Positions 1 through 10,866 of a stretch of DNA of 64,000 nt are shown piece by piece. Origin of the DNA: an uncultured Pseudomonadota bacterium (GTDB lineage Bacteria; Vulcanimicrobiota; Vulcanimicrobiia; Eremiobacterales; Eremiobacteraceae); contig CAVTNB010000001.1 of the NCBI GenBank assembly GCA_963736005.1, positions 1,632,001 through 1,696,000 on the forward strand. Reading direction: 5' to 3'. The position numbers and the translations under genes are program-made. Numbering within the stretch: position 1 is the first letter of the stretch; every line of letters begins with the position of its first letter. The notes under the pieces are model-generated. The model had not been told where the DNA came from and ran no database searches. It saw only the letters and a program-made list of their open reading frames with translations.

Positions 1-814
1 CGCGGAGGCGCGCCGCAAGGGCCACAAAGAGCCCAAGTATCATGCGCTGACGCGCCCAGTGGAAGCAGAGGGCGAGGCGACCAGTCGCGGCGATTCGCTT
101 GGCCGAGATGGCCGGTGCGCCGCTCTACGTCGTGCACGTGTCAAGCGCCATGGCGGCCGATGCAATCAGCGACGGACGCAAGCGCGGTCTGCCGATCTAC
201 GGCGAGACGTGTCCCGCAGTATCTTGTGTGCGATACCTCGGACTACGAGCGGCCGGACTTTGCCGGTGCCAACTACGTCATGTCGCCCCCGCTGCGCGAC
301 AAATGGAATCAGAGCGTTCTGCTGCGCAAGCTCAAGAATATGGAGCTGCAGGCGTTTGGTTCCGACCAATGCTCGTTCAACCACAAAGGCCAAAAGGAGC
401 TTGGGAAAGACGACTTCTCCAAGATTCCCAATGGCGCGCCAACCATCGAAGACCGATTGGCCATCTTGTATCAAGTCGGCGTCAACTCCGGCGTCATGGG
501 CCTCAACACGTTCGTCGCTGTCGACGTCGACCAATCCTGCGAAGCTCTTCGGATTGTTCCCGCGCAAAGGCACGATCGCGGTGGGCAGCGACGCCGACAT
601 CTTGGTCTGGGATCCAAAGTCGGAGCGAACGATCTCGGCGCAGTCGCACCACATGAACGCGGACAACAACATCTTCGAGGGCATCAAGGTCAAGGGACGG
701 CCGCGCTTCGTTTTTTCGCGCGGTCGGAAAATTGTCGATGACGGGAAGTTTACGGGCTCGCCGGGCATCGGCGCATTCCAAAAATGCGATAAGTTCTTTC
801 CGGTTCAGTTGTAA
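1..814 (+). CDS. hydA: Dihydropyrimidinase (D-hydantoinase), 3' part, frameshifted in this sequence
   Basis: Motifs are split across frames: PLYVVHVSS, YVMSPPLR, GSDQCSF, IPNGAPTIEDR, TNPAKLFGLFPRKGTIAVGSDADILVWDP. Stop at 812-814. Confidence 0.88.
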   Translation, partial: AEARRKGHKEPKYHALTRPVEAEGEATSRGDSLGRDGRCAALRRARVKRHGGRCNQRRTQARSADLRRDVSRSILCAIPRTTSGRTLPVPTTSCRPRCATNGIRAFCCASSRIWSCRRLVPTNARSTTKAKRSLGKTTSPRFPMARQPSKTDWPSCIKSASTPASWASTRSSLSTSTNPAKLFGLFPRKGTIAVGSDADILVWDPKSERTISAQSHHMNADNNIFEGIKVKGRPRFVFSRGRKIVDDGKFTGSPGIGAFQKCDKFFPVQL

Positions 815-835
815 AGCGCACCCGGAGGATTGGGC

Positions 836-1723
836 ATGCCTTCCAAAGCGATCATCGGGTTGATTCAGGCGCACCACGACGTCGACGGCGGCGCGCCGGT
901 TGAGGAGCACAAGAAGAAAGCAATCGAAAAACATCTGCGACTGATCCGCGAGGCCAAGCAAAAGGCGCGCAGATCGTCTGCCTGCAAGAGTTGTTCTACG
1001 GGCCGTACTTCTGCACCGAGCAAAACCCGAAGTGGTATGCGGCTGCCGAGCGGATTCCCGACGGTCCAACGACACAGCTGATGCGCGGACCTGGCAAAAG
1101 AGCTCGGCATCGTGCTCGTCGTTCCGATGTACGAAGAAGAATTCTCCGGCCTGTATTACAACACAGCGGCCGTTATCGACGCCGACGGCAAGTATCTCGG
1201 CAAGTATCGCAAGCATCATCTGCCCGCAAGTCGCAGCCGGGCCGCTCAGGCTGCGGGTTCTGGGAAAAATACTACTTCAGACCGGGGAATCTGGGCTACC
1301 CAGTTTTCGAAACGGCGTTTGCAAAGATTGGCGTCTACATCTGCTACGATCGCCACTTCCCCGAGGGCGCGCGCGCGCTCGGCCTGGGCGGCGCCGAGAT
1401 CGTCTTCAATCCATCGGCAACCGTGGCCGGTCTCTCGGAATATCTGTGGAAACTCGAACAGCCAGCGCACGCCGTCGCCAACGGCTATTACGTGGGCGCG
1501 ATCAACCGCGTCGGGTTGGGAAACGCCCTGGAACATGGGAGAGTTCTACGGGCAGGCCTACTTGGCCGATCCTCGCGGCCAGATTGTCGCGATCGGTAGC
1601 CGCGACAAAGATGAAGTGGTCATCGGCGTGATGGACCGCGATCTCATCACAGAGGTTCGCAACACGTGGCAGTTCTTCCGCGACCGTCGGCCCGAGACGT
1701 ATGACAGCCTTGTAAAGATCTGA
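836..1723 (+). CDS. Nitrilase-family beta-ureidopropionase / N-carbamoyl-beta-alanine amidohydrolase, frameshifted
   Basis: QELFYGPYFC, YYNTAAVIDADGKYLGKYRKHH, FWEKYYFRPGNLGYPVF, ICYDRHFPE, FFRDRRPETY across frames. GGAGG RBS. Lies between hydA and an NCS1 gene. Confidence 0.88.
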
Positions 1724-3185
1724 TGGCCACCGACACGCAAGTTCAAGTAGGCGACGTCGTCGTGCTGACCGATGCAGCTATTGCAAAGGTCAGCGGGGAG
1801 CCGAGCTCTTTGGAACGAGGATCTGCGCCCGTGCACGCTGGCCGAGCATACTTGGCCCGGAACGAGGTATGCGGCATTGTGGGTCGGCATGTGTTTGTGC
1901 TTGCCAACCTACTCGCTGGCCAGCGGTATGATCGCCCTTGGCATGAATTGGTGGGAGTCGGTGCTGACGATTCTCATCGGCAACTGTATCGTGCTCGTTC
2001 CCATCCTGTTGGTCTCGCATGCGGGCACGCGATATGGCATTCCATATCCAGTTTTTGCGCGACTGTGGTTCGGAACGCGCGGCGCGCACATTCCATCGTT
2101 GGCGAGGGCCGTCATTGCAGCCGGCTGGTTCGGCATCAATTCTTGGTTCGGCGGTCAGGCCGTCGACATCGATCTTCGGGAAGACAATAACCGGCTGGGA
2201 TGGCATAGGCATCCATCTGCCCTTGGCGTTCGCCATCTTCTGGGCCATCAACGTCGCCATCGCGATGCGCGGACCGCAAGCGATCGGACGGCTCACCGTT
2301 ATCGCGGCACCGACGCTGGCTGTCTTTGCAATCGCACTTTTTGTTTGGGCCCTCGTGCGCGCCGGCGGTTTCGGACCGATGCTCGCAACGCCCGCGCAGA
2401 TTCACGGTCCTGCGTTTTGGGCGGTCTTCTATCCGTCGGTTGTCGGTGTGATCGCGTTTTGGGCAACGCTCGCGTTAAACATCCCTGATTACACGCGATA
2501 CGCGAAAACACAACGTGGCCAGATGCTCGGGCAAGCGCTTTCGATGCCGCTGACGATGGCGCTGTTTTCTTTTCTCGGTATCGCGGTGACGTCGGCGACC
2601 GTGGCGTTATACGGCAAGGCGATATGGAACCCGGTCGAGCTGATTTTGAAGTTTCCAGCGGCTGTCATCGTGCTCGCAGGGCTCGTTATCGTCCTCTCGT
2701 CGGTCACCATCAATGTCGCAGCTAATGTAATGGCGCCCGCTCGCGCTTTTGAAAACCTGTGGCCGCGACGAATCAACTTCGCGCTCGGCGCGGTGATGAC
2801 TGGGCTCCTGAGTCTACTCATGCAGCCGTGGTACGTGCTGGCAGTGTACAGCCACTACATTTTTACGTGGTTGGGCACGTATGGTGCGATGTTGGGCCCG
2901 TTCGATGGCATAGCGATCGCCGATTACTGGCTCGTGCGTCGCAAGCAGCTCGACCTCGTACAGCTGTACACCCCGGGCGGCGCCTACTCGTATTCCAAAG
3001 GAATCAACCTGCGCGCGATCTTTGCACTGTTGTTCGGCTGGGGTGTCGCGCTACTCGGGTTGGTCACACCGCTGCATTTCTTATGGCGCGGCGGTTGGAT
3101 CTTTGGCATCCTCGGCGGACTTATCGCGTACTGGCTTTTGATGAAGAAGGAAAAGGTTGCTAACCTAGAGGTGACCACCAGGTAG
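1723..3185 (+). CDS. NCS1 nucleobase:cation symporter, frameshifted
   Basis: [41 protein letters not shown]. About 12 TM segments. TGATG coupling with the upstream gene. Confidence 0.88.
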
Positions 3186-4514
3186 CACGAGCGGAGCGCG
3201 CGGTGGTTGCGAGAAGTCGAAGTCATTGCGCAAATCTCCTAAGATTGGCGCGTTCTCGCGCACGTCTGGGCGCGGGTCAGGCCGCCCGTCGGTTCGCGGA
3301 TCTAGCCGGTTGCCCCCGAGAAAATCGTCTTCGATGAATTTTACGAAGGCGTCGAAGCTCAATGTTTGGTGATCGACAAAGCCCTTTCTGGCATAGGGAC
3401 TGATGACCATCGATGGGACACGCAAGCCGTAACCGTTTTCGTCCACACGCGGCGGCACGACGTGATCGTAGAAACCTCCCCAGTCGTCCCACGCCAGGAA
3501 GATGGCCGAGCTATTCCAGTCTGGGCTTTGCATCACAGCGTTGACGAGCGCTGTCACGTAGGCTTGTCCTCTGCTCACAAGCGCCGGGGGGTGTTCGCTG
3601 TAGGGCTGCGCCGGGCAGATCCAGACGACCGATGGGAGCGTACCGTTCTTCGCAGCCGCGAAGAAGTTCTTGAGCGGCGCAATGTTGCCAAGTTCCCCGT
3701 CCGCGTTGACCGTATCAAAGTGGGGCAGCGGGTTCCAAATGCCGGGCGTGTGCGCATTTTGGTTTCGCTGCGGCCCGTTCATGGAACCGTCTTCTGTGTC
3801 CGGTTCTAAGCCAGCCATGATGTAGTATGCCCAACTCACGTGGCTCTTGTGCAGCAGATACGTGAGATCGGTCCAGGGATAATCCGGCGGAACCTGCGCG
3901 CCAAAATCCATTGGAAGAGCTGGCTTATCGAGGGCGTTCGTGCAACTTGTGGGATCGCCAGCTCGCGTGCATATCGCCGACCACTCAGACACTAAGAAAA
4001 GATGTGCGGGCAAGCTCCACGATGCGTTGGGCTCGAACATTTTATCGTGTAGTACGTAGTTGTCCGCGTACGCCCAGTAATTGGGGAGCTCGTTGCGGTC
4101 GTGATAACCCATGACGTCGCGCCCTCCGCCGCAGCGCTCGTGGGGTGGCCGGCAATTGCGGGCGGCAGTTTCGGCATCCCCAACGAAGCCGTCCATCTTC
4201 CCGCCGTTGACGTCATTGACGGCATCGCGGGCTGAATGCGGTCCGCCGAGGTTGCGGTCGTTCGTATCGTGGTACGGCTTCAGGCATTGATTGGTTTGCG
4301 GGTCCTGGGAGCAGACGGTCGGCACGCCCCCGCTCATCGGAATTCCGTCCACACCGGGATACGTGCCAAAGTAGGAGTCAAAAGAACGGTTCTCTTGCAT
4401 GATGATGATGACGTGCTTGATATTATGGATGTCGCCAGATGCCGCTGCAACTCCGGCTTGAGCTACCATTGCTACGGCCGCAAGCAAGAGGACCACCGCG
4501 ATTGATACCTTCAT
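3165..4514 (-). CDS. Secreted phosphoesterase / phospholipase C family protein
   Basis: Signal peptide; [40 protein letters not shown] motifs. Confidence 0.9.
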   Translation of the reverse strand: MKVSIAVVLLLAAVAMVAQAGVAAASGDIHNIKHVIIIMQENRSFDSYFGTYPGVDGIPMSGGVPTVCSQDPQTNQCLKPYHDTNDRNLGGPHSARDAVNDVNGGKMDGFVGDAETAARNCRPPHERCGGGRDVMGYHDRNELPNYWAYADNYVLHDKMFEPNASWSLPAHLFLVSEWSAICTRAGDPTSCTNALDKPALPMDFGAQVPPDYPWTDLTYLLHKSHVSWAYYIMAGLEPDTEDGSMNGPQRNQNAHTPGIWNPLPHFDTVNADGELGNIAPLKNFFAAAKNGTLPSVVWICPAQPYSEHPPALVSRGQAYVTALVNAVMQSPDWNSSAIFLAWDDWGGFYDHVVPPRVDENGYGLRVPSMVISPYARKGFVDHQTLSFDAFVKFIEDDFLGGNRLDPRTDGRPDPRPDVRENAPILGDLRNDFDFSQPPRAPLVLPGGHL

Positions 4515-4743
4515 GCCAAAATGCCTCCACGAGCTGATGGATCGCTCGCTTGCTTGTCGAAGATGATACCTCCTTCGCAAAAGATTTCTTTCGGGACTGT
4601 CGATTCCGTTCGAGTTTTGCACCGCTGCTCACGTCAAAACCAGACCAGGCAAAGGCGGGTCGCTGCTCGTGCTCAAATACCTTTGCCACAACCGGCAGGC
4701 TGCCTCGGATTCAGGGGCAGCCCTACCGTAGTTGGAGGCCGGC

Positions 4744-5309
4744 ATGTCGCTTGAAGCACTCCAGATAGCAGCATCTCTTCTCACCGCTGCCATTATCGGC
4801 GCAACCGCAATTGCCGCACTCATCCAGCTGCGCCACATACGCGCGAGCAACGAACTCAGCGCATTCAGTGAGGCGTTTGAGTTATGGTACTCCGCACCCA
4901 TTCAAGACGGCTTCAGATTCATACAACACGAACTAAAACAGAGGATGGATGACCCGCAGTTTCGGCAAGAGCTCGATACCGCTGGGGTTGTCGATCATGC
5001 AAAGCATCCGGAACTTAACGTCTGCGATTTCTTCGACAATATCGGCGTGATGGTGTCGCTCGGCCTATTGCGGGAAGACATTATTCTCCATCCGGGTGGA
5101 CAGCTGGTCGACAATCTTTGGACCCAGCTCAGCCCAACCATAGCAATCATGCGCGCAAGCGCGGGCGTCAATTGTATGTCTCTCTTGAGTATGTGGCGCA
5201 TCGAGCCAGGCTATGGCACGAGCGCTATCCAGACGGTTTTCAAATGCGCGGTTGGGAGCGACTTCCAAACCCCAACGTCTGGTTACGAGCCGACACAGAC
5301 GGACATTAA
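4744..5309 (+). CDS. DUF4760-like membrane-anchored protein (frameshift near 5160)
   Basis: N-terminal TM ending ALIQLRHIR and a CDFFDNIG motif. The C-terminus (RKRGRQLYVSLEYVA) continues in another frame to 5309. Confidence 0.55.
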
Positions 5310-5398
5310 CACCTCATGACGTTGCCTTTAGGGTTGCTAGCCCCTTAGACTGACGCGGCAATTGGTCGATACTGGTATGAGGGACCAAACAGACGCCG

Positions 5399-6646
5399 AT
5401 GATAGCCGACTCCGCCTATTCTCACCTTCTGAGCGTTACAAGCTTCGTATCGCTGCTTTTTCAGATTGCCGCGACTGCCTTGATCGCGCTCTTGTCCTAC
5501 GTCATTGCTCGCTCGGTACAACGGCGCCTCATGCTCTATTGGAGCGTTGGCTGGATAGCTTATTGCTTTGCCTTAGTCGCAATTCTGTTAGCAAATATGG
5601 TCGGGTCGATACGCATCCCGATGTACTTCGCATACTTCTTCTTAGAATATGGCGCCGTACTTTCCATATTCGTCGCCTGCTACTCCATAGGCAGAAATCA
5701 CTTACCGCGTGCTGCAGTGGGATGGTGGCTGCTGCCCGCGGCCGCGATCGCTGCACTCCTCGCGACGCTCTCGGGTCCTTTCTCTGTTCCGTTCGCCGTG
5801 CACGGGGCGATCATGGGCGCGGCCTGGACTGCCTGTCTTGTTGCCCTGTGGCCTTCACTGGGCCGCGCGAGTTCAGGCCCTGGCGTGCGAATTGTTGCGG
5901 TAGGCTTGGCTTTGCTCGCCGTGGACTACGCGCAGCACTTGCCCACTGCGTTGCTCGCGATGGGCGCCAACATGCCGGCGAGTGCTTACTACTATACGAT
6001 CACCTCGCTCGTGGACGGCATGCTGGATTTTGTCCTCGGCTTTGGTACGGTTGTCGTCATCGTTGACGCTGTTCGCGCAGAACTGGAAACCGCCAATGCG
6101 CGGCTCATGATGGCCCATCAGCGCACCGAAGAGGCACTCCACCAAGATCCCATGACGGCGACACTCAACCGCTATTCATTCTCCTTTGCTTTTGGGCAAC
6201 ATGACGAAACGTCCAAGGTCAGCGGATCGGTCGTCGTGGTTGACGTGAACGATCTCAAGCTCATCAACGACACCTGCGGCCATGCCGCGGGCGATCAGGC
6301 TATCAAAGCCGTCGCGAGAGCGCTCGTCTCCCTCGTGCGGGCCGATGACCCCGTCTACCGATGGGGCGGCGACGAATTCGTGGTCGTCATGGTCAACGCG
6401 CAACGCGACCTTGCCGTGCGACGCATGCAGCGCTTGTCTGAGGCGATCGATAGGGAAGCAAGAGATCTGTCGTCACAGATTGGGCCCGTCAGCGCGAGTT
6501 TTGGAATCGCAACCTTCGACGCGGACACCAGTGTCGCGGCGGCCATAGAGCGGGCGGACGCGGCTATGTATGCAGCCAAGTCGAGCCGGCTACCGAGCAA
6601 TCGTACCGAGGCTCAGCAAGCATTAGGCGCGAGGTGGACGATTTAG
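5399..6646 (+). CDS. Membrane-bound diguanylate cyclase
   Basis: About 7 TM helices, then DPMTATLNR, INDTCGHAAGD, RWGGDEF, ADAAMY. Confidence 0.9.
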   Translation: MIADSAYSHLLSVTSFVSLLFQIAATALIALLSYVIARSVQRRLMLYWSVGWIAYCFALVAILLANMVGSIRIPMYFAYFFLEYGAVLSIFVACYSIGRNHLPRAAVGWWLLPAAAIAALLATLSGPFSVPFAVHGAIMGAAWTACLVALWPSLGRASSGPGVRIVAVGLALLAVDYAQHLPTALLAMGANMPASAYYYTITSLVDGMLDFVLGFGTVVVIVDAVRAELETANARLMMAHQRTEEALHQDPMTATLNRYSFSFAFGQHDETSKVSGSVVVVDVNDLKLINDTCGHAAGDQAIKAVARALVSLVRADDPVYRWGGDEFVVVMVNAQRDLAVRRMQRLSEAIDREARDLSSQIGPVSASFGIATFDADTSVAAAIERADAAMYAAKSSRLPSNRTEAQQALGARWTI

Positions 6647-7209
6647 CTTCGGCGGCTGCCGGGATCGTGCAGTGGCACGCCCTGCTGGCATAACGGACAT
6701 GCTTCTGGAGGATAATCCGCGAGTGGCAAGTCAAGCAGTGCGATGACTGGATAGGGGAGCGAAGGGTTACCCCGCTTGACGATGGCACCGACCACGCTCA
6801 CCTGCGCACCGGACGCCCTTACCACGTCAATGACTTCCATCGTCGACTTCCCAGTCGTCATCACATCCTCGACGACGGCAACCCGCTCTCCTAATTGAAG
6901 CTCGAATCCCCGGCGCAACGTGGGAATCCCATTTTCTTTCTCAACGAACATGCTGCGAACCCCCAAGTTCTTCGCGACGATGTACCCTGGTAAGATGCCG
7001 CCCACGGCGGCCGACACGACCACCTCCGGTTTGTAGGGCGAAAGCAAGTGGGCAAGGGTCGCCCCAACCTCTTCGGCCAGCGGTGGATCTTCGAAAAGGC
7101 GAAACTTTTGAATAAAACGATCGCTGTGCAAACCGCTGGATAGCCGGAAGTGCCCGGTGAGCAGCGCTCTTCGCTCTCCGAGTTTGTCGAGGAGTTCTTG
7201 GGGCGTCAC
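6643..7209 (-). CDS. pyrE: Orotate phosphoribosyltransferase
   Basis: GHFRLSSGLHS and PRPP motif VVEDVMTTGKS; pyr operon context. Confidence 0.93.
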   Translation of the reverse strand: MTPQELLDKLGERRALLTGHFRLSSGLHSDRFIQKFRLFEDPPLAEEVGATLAHLLSPYKPEVVVSAAVGGILPGYIVAKNLGVRSMFVEKENGIPTLRRGFELQLGERVAVVEDVMTTGKSTMEVIDVVRASGAQVSVVGAIVKRGNPSLPYPVIALLDLPLADYPPEACPLCQQGVPLHDPGSRRS

Positions 7210-7940
7210 GAATGCTCGAGTGATTTGGGCAACGCCTCGTGGGCCGCGGCTAACTCTGCACAGATCTTCTGCACCGCAGCTCGAGGATCGGGCGCTTTGG
7301 TAATGGGTCTTCCAACGACGATGAAGTCGGCACCCGCCAGCACGGCCTCACTCGGTGTCGCGGTGCGCTTTTGATCGCCACTGGCTTCGCCCGACGGCCG
7401 GATGCCCGGACAGATGATGGTGAAGTCCGACGATGTGCGCGCGCGGACGATCGGCACCGCCTCGACCGGGCAGACGACGCCATCGAGTCCGCACTCTTGC
7501 GCGAGCGCGGCGCGCATACTCACGAGTTCATGCACCGATCGGTCGACACCGATCTCGCGCAAGTCTTCGTTGGAAATGCTCGTCAGCAGGGTGACGGCAA
7601 CTATTTTGAGCGAGCGTCCTGTTGCGTTGATTGCATCGCGCGCTTGTGCGGCGGCATTCATCATGCTTCTCCCGCCCTCAGCATGAACCGTGACGAACGA
7701 AGCTCCTGATCGCACGACGCTGCGGATCGCTCCGGCGACCGTATTCGGGATGTCGTGCAGCTTGAGGTCAAGGAAGATGTTACGTCGCGCCTCTCGCAGC
7801 TCGGCCATAATGTCGTTGCCGAACGAATAGTAGGCTTGATAGCCGACCTTGTACCACAAGACGTCAGCAGCGGTGTGTCTGAACACATCTTGTGCCTCTT
7901 CGAGTTTCGCTTCGTCGAGCGCGATCATCAGTTGCGTCAA
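7206..7940 (-). CDS. pyrF: Orotidine-5'-phosphate decarboxylase
   Basis: IALD, FLDLKLHDIPNT, PGIRP, DQKR, VVGRPIT. Probable TTG start overlapping the pyrD stop. Confidence 0.93.
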   Translation of the reverse strand: MTQLMIALDEAKLEEAQDVFRHTAADVLWYKVGYQAYYSFGNDIMAELREARRNIFLDLKLHDIPNTVAGAIRSVVRSGASFVTVHAEGGRSMMNAAAQARDAINATGRSLKIVAVTLLTSISNEDLREIGVDRSVHELVSMRAALAQECGLDGVVCPVEAVPIVRARTSSDFTIICPGIRPSGEASGDQKRTATPSEAVLAGADFIVVGRPITKAPDPRAAVQKICAELAAAHEALPKSLEHS

Positions 7941-8893
7941 TGAGGGCCATCCTTTTTCGCGTGCGCGTGGGCCAGACCCGTGAGTTCTCCGACCGAGCGG
8001 CAATGGCGGCGTCGCATTTCCGCCTCAATGCTTTCAACGACGCGCACGTGCGCGAGTGGGTCGCGGAAGTTCGCCGTACCGATGCCCACTGCCCTCGCAC
8101 CGGCGAACAAGAACTCCAATGCGTCATGGCCGGTTTCGAGCCCACCGATGCCAATGATGGGTATGGTCACCGCGTGCGCAACTTCCCAGACCGCATGCAC
8201 TGCGATCGGCCGAATGGCGGGGCCTGTCAAGCCACCCGACTCGTTGGCGAGCATCGGAAGCGCCCGCTCAATGTCGATCACCATGCCTCGCACCGCGTTG
8301 ATGAGCGACACGGCGTCCGCGCCAGCGTGTTGGGCCGCGCGAGCGATTGGCCGCAGGTCAGCAACGTTCGGCATGAGTTTCGGAATCACCGGCAGCTTCA
8401 CACGGGATTTGACTGCGTCAACGACCATTGCGAGCGAGGTCGGGTCCGCGGCGAAGCATTGACCTTCTCGATCCACGTTGGGGCAGGATACATCGAGCTC
8501 GATCGCCACGACATTGGGGATACCATCCATGGCCGCAGCAACGTCCGCGAATTCGACCACGCTGAATCCGGCGACGCTTGCGATCACGGCAGTCGGCACA
8601 TGCGCGAGCTCGGGCGCGACATGTTTGAGGAAGAAATCGATGCCCGGACCTTGCAAGCCGATGGCGTTGAGCAACCCGCTCGGCGTCGGAAACACGCGGG
8701 GCATGTCGTTGCCGAGCCTTGGGTGACGGGTGATGCTCTTGAGCGTGATGGCACCCCATGCGGCAAGGTCGATAATCTCCCCAAATTCCTCGCCCCGATT
8801 GTAGCAACCGCTCGCCGCGATGACCGGATTCTTCAACACAGCGCTGCCGAGCTTGACGGTAGTGTCGAGTGCTGTGCTACTCACGCTTTCCAA
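7937..8893 (-). CDS. pyrD: Dihydroorotate dehydrogenase family 1B catalytic subunit
   Basis: LKNPVIAASG, NAIGLQGPG, SCPN, GGLTGPAIRP, IPIIGIGG. Confidence 0.93.
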   Translation of the reverse strand: MESVSSTALDTTVKLGSAVLKNPVIAASGCYNRGEEFGEIIDLAAWGAITLKSITRHPRLGNDMPRVFPTPSGLLNAIGLQGPGIDFFLKHVAPELAHVPTAVIASVAGFSVVEFADVAAAMDGIPNVVAIELDVSCPNVDREGQCFAADPTSLAMVVDAVKSRVKLPVIPKLMPNVADLRPIARAAQHAGADAVSLINAVRGMVIDIERALPMLANESGGLTGPAIRPIAVHAVWEVAHAVTIPIIGIGGLETGHDALEFLFAGARAVGIGTANFRDPLAHVRVVESIEAEMRRRHCRSVGELTGLAHAHAKKDGPH

Positions 8894-9705
8894 ACCACCT
8901 CAGCGGCGGAGAACACGGTTCCGTCGGCGCACACGCGCGCAAAGTCAAAGTCGCGCTGCTCGCCGGGAGCTTTGGGATACCCGGTCCCTTGCGTGCTGCC
9001 GCGCCGAACGGCGACGACGCATCCCCAACAGGTGCCCATCGAGCAGCCGAATGTTTCCTCCATTGATATCTGGCACCGAATGCTTGCTGCGTTGGCATGC
9101 GCGCAGAGCGCGCGGAGCATGCCGCGCGGCCCACAGCCATAAAGCATACCGGGTGGCGGAAGGCTGCGCAACCGCTCCACCACGTTGCCGTGGAAGCCGA
9201 AGCTGCCGTCATCAGTGCAGACTTCAATGGGAAATCCGAAAGCGGCCAATTCCTCGCGTCCGACGACATGATCCTTCGAGCGCGCGCCGAGGACGATTGT
9301 GGTGTCGATGCCCGCCGCCTGCAAGTCGCGCGACAGCATCCAAAAGGCGGCAACGCCCAAGCCGCCCGCGATGATCGTGGCCTTTGACCCGCGCTTGGGA
9401 AGGGTGAACTCGTTGCCCAAAGGTCCAAGACACGAGATTTCCTCACCCTTGGGCAATGCCGCGAGACAGCTCGTCCGCTCTCCCCATTCTTGGAAGAGGA
9501 GGCCGAACTCGTCGTCACTCGCCGTGTAGATTCCTAGGGGAAGTCGAACAGCAAAACCGCCGGGCAGGTCAAGGGCAACGTATTGCGCCGGGCCCGCATT
9601 TCGTGCTACGTGTTGGCAGCGCAAGCGCACATACCAAAAACCGGGAGCTCTAAACTCCCGGTTTACAACAGTCGCGGTACACAGCCGCGGCGCTTTCATC
9701 GGCAT
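8881..9705 (-). CDS. pyrK: Dihydroorotate dehydrogenase electron transfer subunit
   Basis: GPLGN, AGGLG, TDDGS, CGP and the 2Fe-2S motif CSMGTCWGC...C. Confidence 0.9.
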   Translation of the reverse strand: MPMKAPRLCTATVVNREFRAPGFWYVRLRCQHVARNAGPAQYVALDLPGGFAVRLPLGIYTASDDEFGLLFQEWGERTSCLAALPKGEEISCLGPLGNEFTLPKRGSKATIIAGGLGVAAFWMLSRDLQAAGIDTTIVLGARSKDHVVGREELAAFGFPIEVCTDDGSFGFHGNVVERLRSLPPPGMLYGCGPRGMLRALCAHANAASIRCQISMEETFGCSMGTCWGCVVAVRRGSTQGTGYPKAPGEQRDFDFARVCADGTVFSAAEVVWKA

Positions 9706-9852
9706 TCCACTACCCACTTTCGCGTCAGTTAGACGTGCACCCTCGAACGTGTGCACGATCATAAGAATCCGATGAGATGCTCCAGACGGGACGGTCCTTA
9801 GTAACGTTTGCCTACCTTGGGTAGTTCTATGGGTGAAAGGCTCACGTGGATC

Positions 9853-9990
9853 ATGCAAGGCGTACTCGTACTCAAGACAATGGCCGACGCACTCGCTGCA
9901 GGCTTCGAGTATTTTGACCGAACCGCCGACGGCTATCTCGTGCGCAAGAAAACACCGCGCGGCTGGGCACTCGCAATCGTCCTGAAATAG
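9853..9990 (+). CDS. Small hypothetical protein (45 aa)
   Basis: MQGVLVLKTMADALAAGFEYFDRTADGYLVRKKTPRGWALAIVLK fills the gap divergent from pyrK and is followed by a REP cluster. Confidence 0.6.
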   Translation: MQGVLVLKTMADALAAGFEYFDRTADGYLVRKKTPRGWALAIVLK

Positions 9991-9999
9991 CTTAACGTC

Positions 10000-10056
10000 T
10001 GTAGGGGGCGATTGGAAAATCGCCCCAGCGTTCTCAAGCGGACCTAATGGTCCGCT
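10000..10056. repeat. REP-like cluster (GTAG-GGGGCGAT..ATCGCCCC plus GCGGACC..GGTCCGC hairpins)
   Basis: These palindromes recur elsewhere in the window. Confidence 0.8.
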
Positions 10057-10058
10057 TT

Positions 10059-10781
10059 TTACTTCACTAAATAGACGACAAAGACCGTCGCCGTGACCGT
10101 ATCGGTGCCTGCCAGGATCGGAGCCGCGGCCGAGGCCATAACGCGCATCATCGGTTGTGGGCCCATCTGCTCCTGCGTATTGCTTATGGAGGCGACCCGA
10201 ACGATTGTGAGATGAGCGGCGCTCGCAATGGCCTCTGCAGTGGAACGCGCAGACTGCACCGCTTTGGCTAGCGCTGTGCGATAGAGCGCATCTGCGTTGC
10301 TCGATTGATACGTCAAGCCATACGAGGTGTTCGCTCCGGCAGTGATTGCCGCGTCGAGTACAGCTCCCGCTGACCTTACAGGCGTTGTGACCTGCAGCAT
10401 CTCCGATGCCACGTACGACCCCGCGGTCGTGGACGCCATCGTGCTCACCATGGCACCTTGCTGCTGCGCCGGCGGTTGCGGTTCGCGATATTCGAGATTG
10501 TAGCCTGAGGTTTGGATCGACCGTTCGCTGATGCCCTGGCGCTGAATGGCCGCAACAACCTGTGCCGCTGTCTGGTTCACCGTGGCTGCTGCAGCGGAGG
10601 CACTGGCAGCCTGCGCTCGGATGCCAAGCTGCACGCGCGCGATGTCCGGCACGTAGTCGACGCTGCCGTTCGCGGACACGGTAATAGTGGGAGGCATCGG
10701 CTCCCTCACTTGGCCGCTAGCGGTTTGTGCGGCAAAAGTCAGCGCAGCAAGCGTTGCGAACGCAGTAATGATGGCCTTCAT
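10059..10781 (-). CDS. SIMPL (DUF541) domain secreted protein
   Basis: Signal peptide; TITVSANGSVDYVPD and ALAKAVQSARSTAEAIA patterns. Confidence 0.85.
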   Translation of the reverse strand: MKAIITAFATLAALTFAAQTASGQVREPMPPTITVSANGSVDYVPDIARVQLGIRAQAASASAAAATVNQTAAQVVAAIQRQGISERSIQTSGYNLEYREPQPPAQQQGAMVSTMASTTAGSYVASEMLQVTTPVRSAGAVLDAAITAGANTSYGLTYQSSNADALYRTALAKAVQSARSTAEAIASAAHLTIVRVASISNTQEQMGPQPMMRVMASAAAPILAGTDTVTATVFVVYLVK

Positions 10782-10798
10782 TGGGGAGCCTCCTCGGG

Positions 10799-10864
10799 AG
10801 CGGACCTAAAGGTCCGCTGCTACATGGGCGTTTAAATAGGGCGATTTTTCCAATCGCCCGCTAC
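10799..10864. repeat. REP-like cluster, inverted relative to 10000-10056
   Basis: GCGGACCTAAAGGTCCGCTGCTAC and GGGCGATTTTTCCAATCGCCCGCTAC. Confidence 0.8.
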
Positions 10865-10866
10865 GT

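Noticed and set aside
1..2200. Many frameshifts in hydA, the nitrilase and NCS1, suggesting pseudogenes or programmed frameshifting
   Set aside because: Catalytic motifs are intact, no in-frame decay is visible, and indels cluster at the window start. This fits low-coverage long-read errors.
7892..9142. Long antisense ORFs (also 37035-38411, 38153-39322, 51805-52665)
   Set aside because: They are shadow frames of well-supported genes in GC-rich DNA.
1..9705. Proximity of pyrimidine catabolic and biosynthetic operons as a regulatory supercluster
   Set aside because: They are separated by three unrelated genes and no shared regulatory element is visible.
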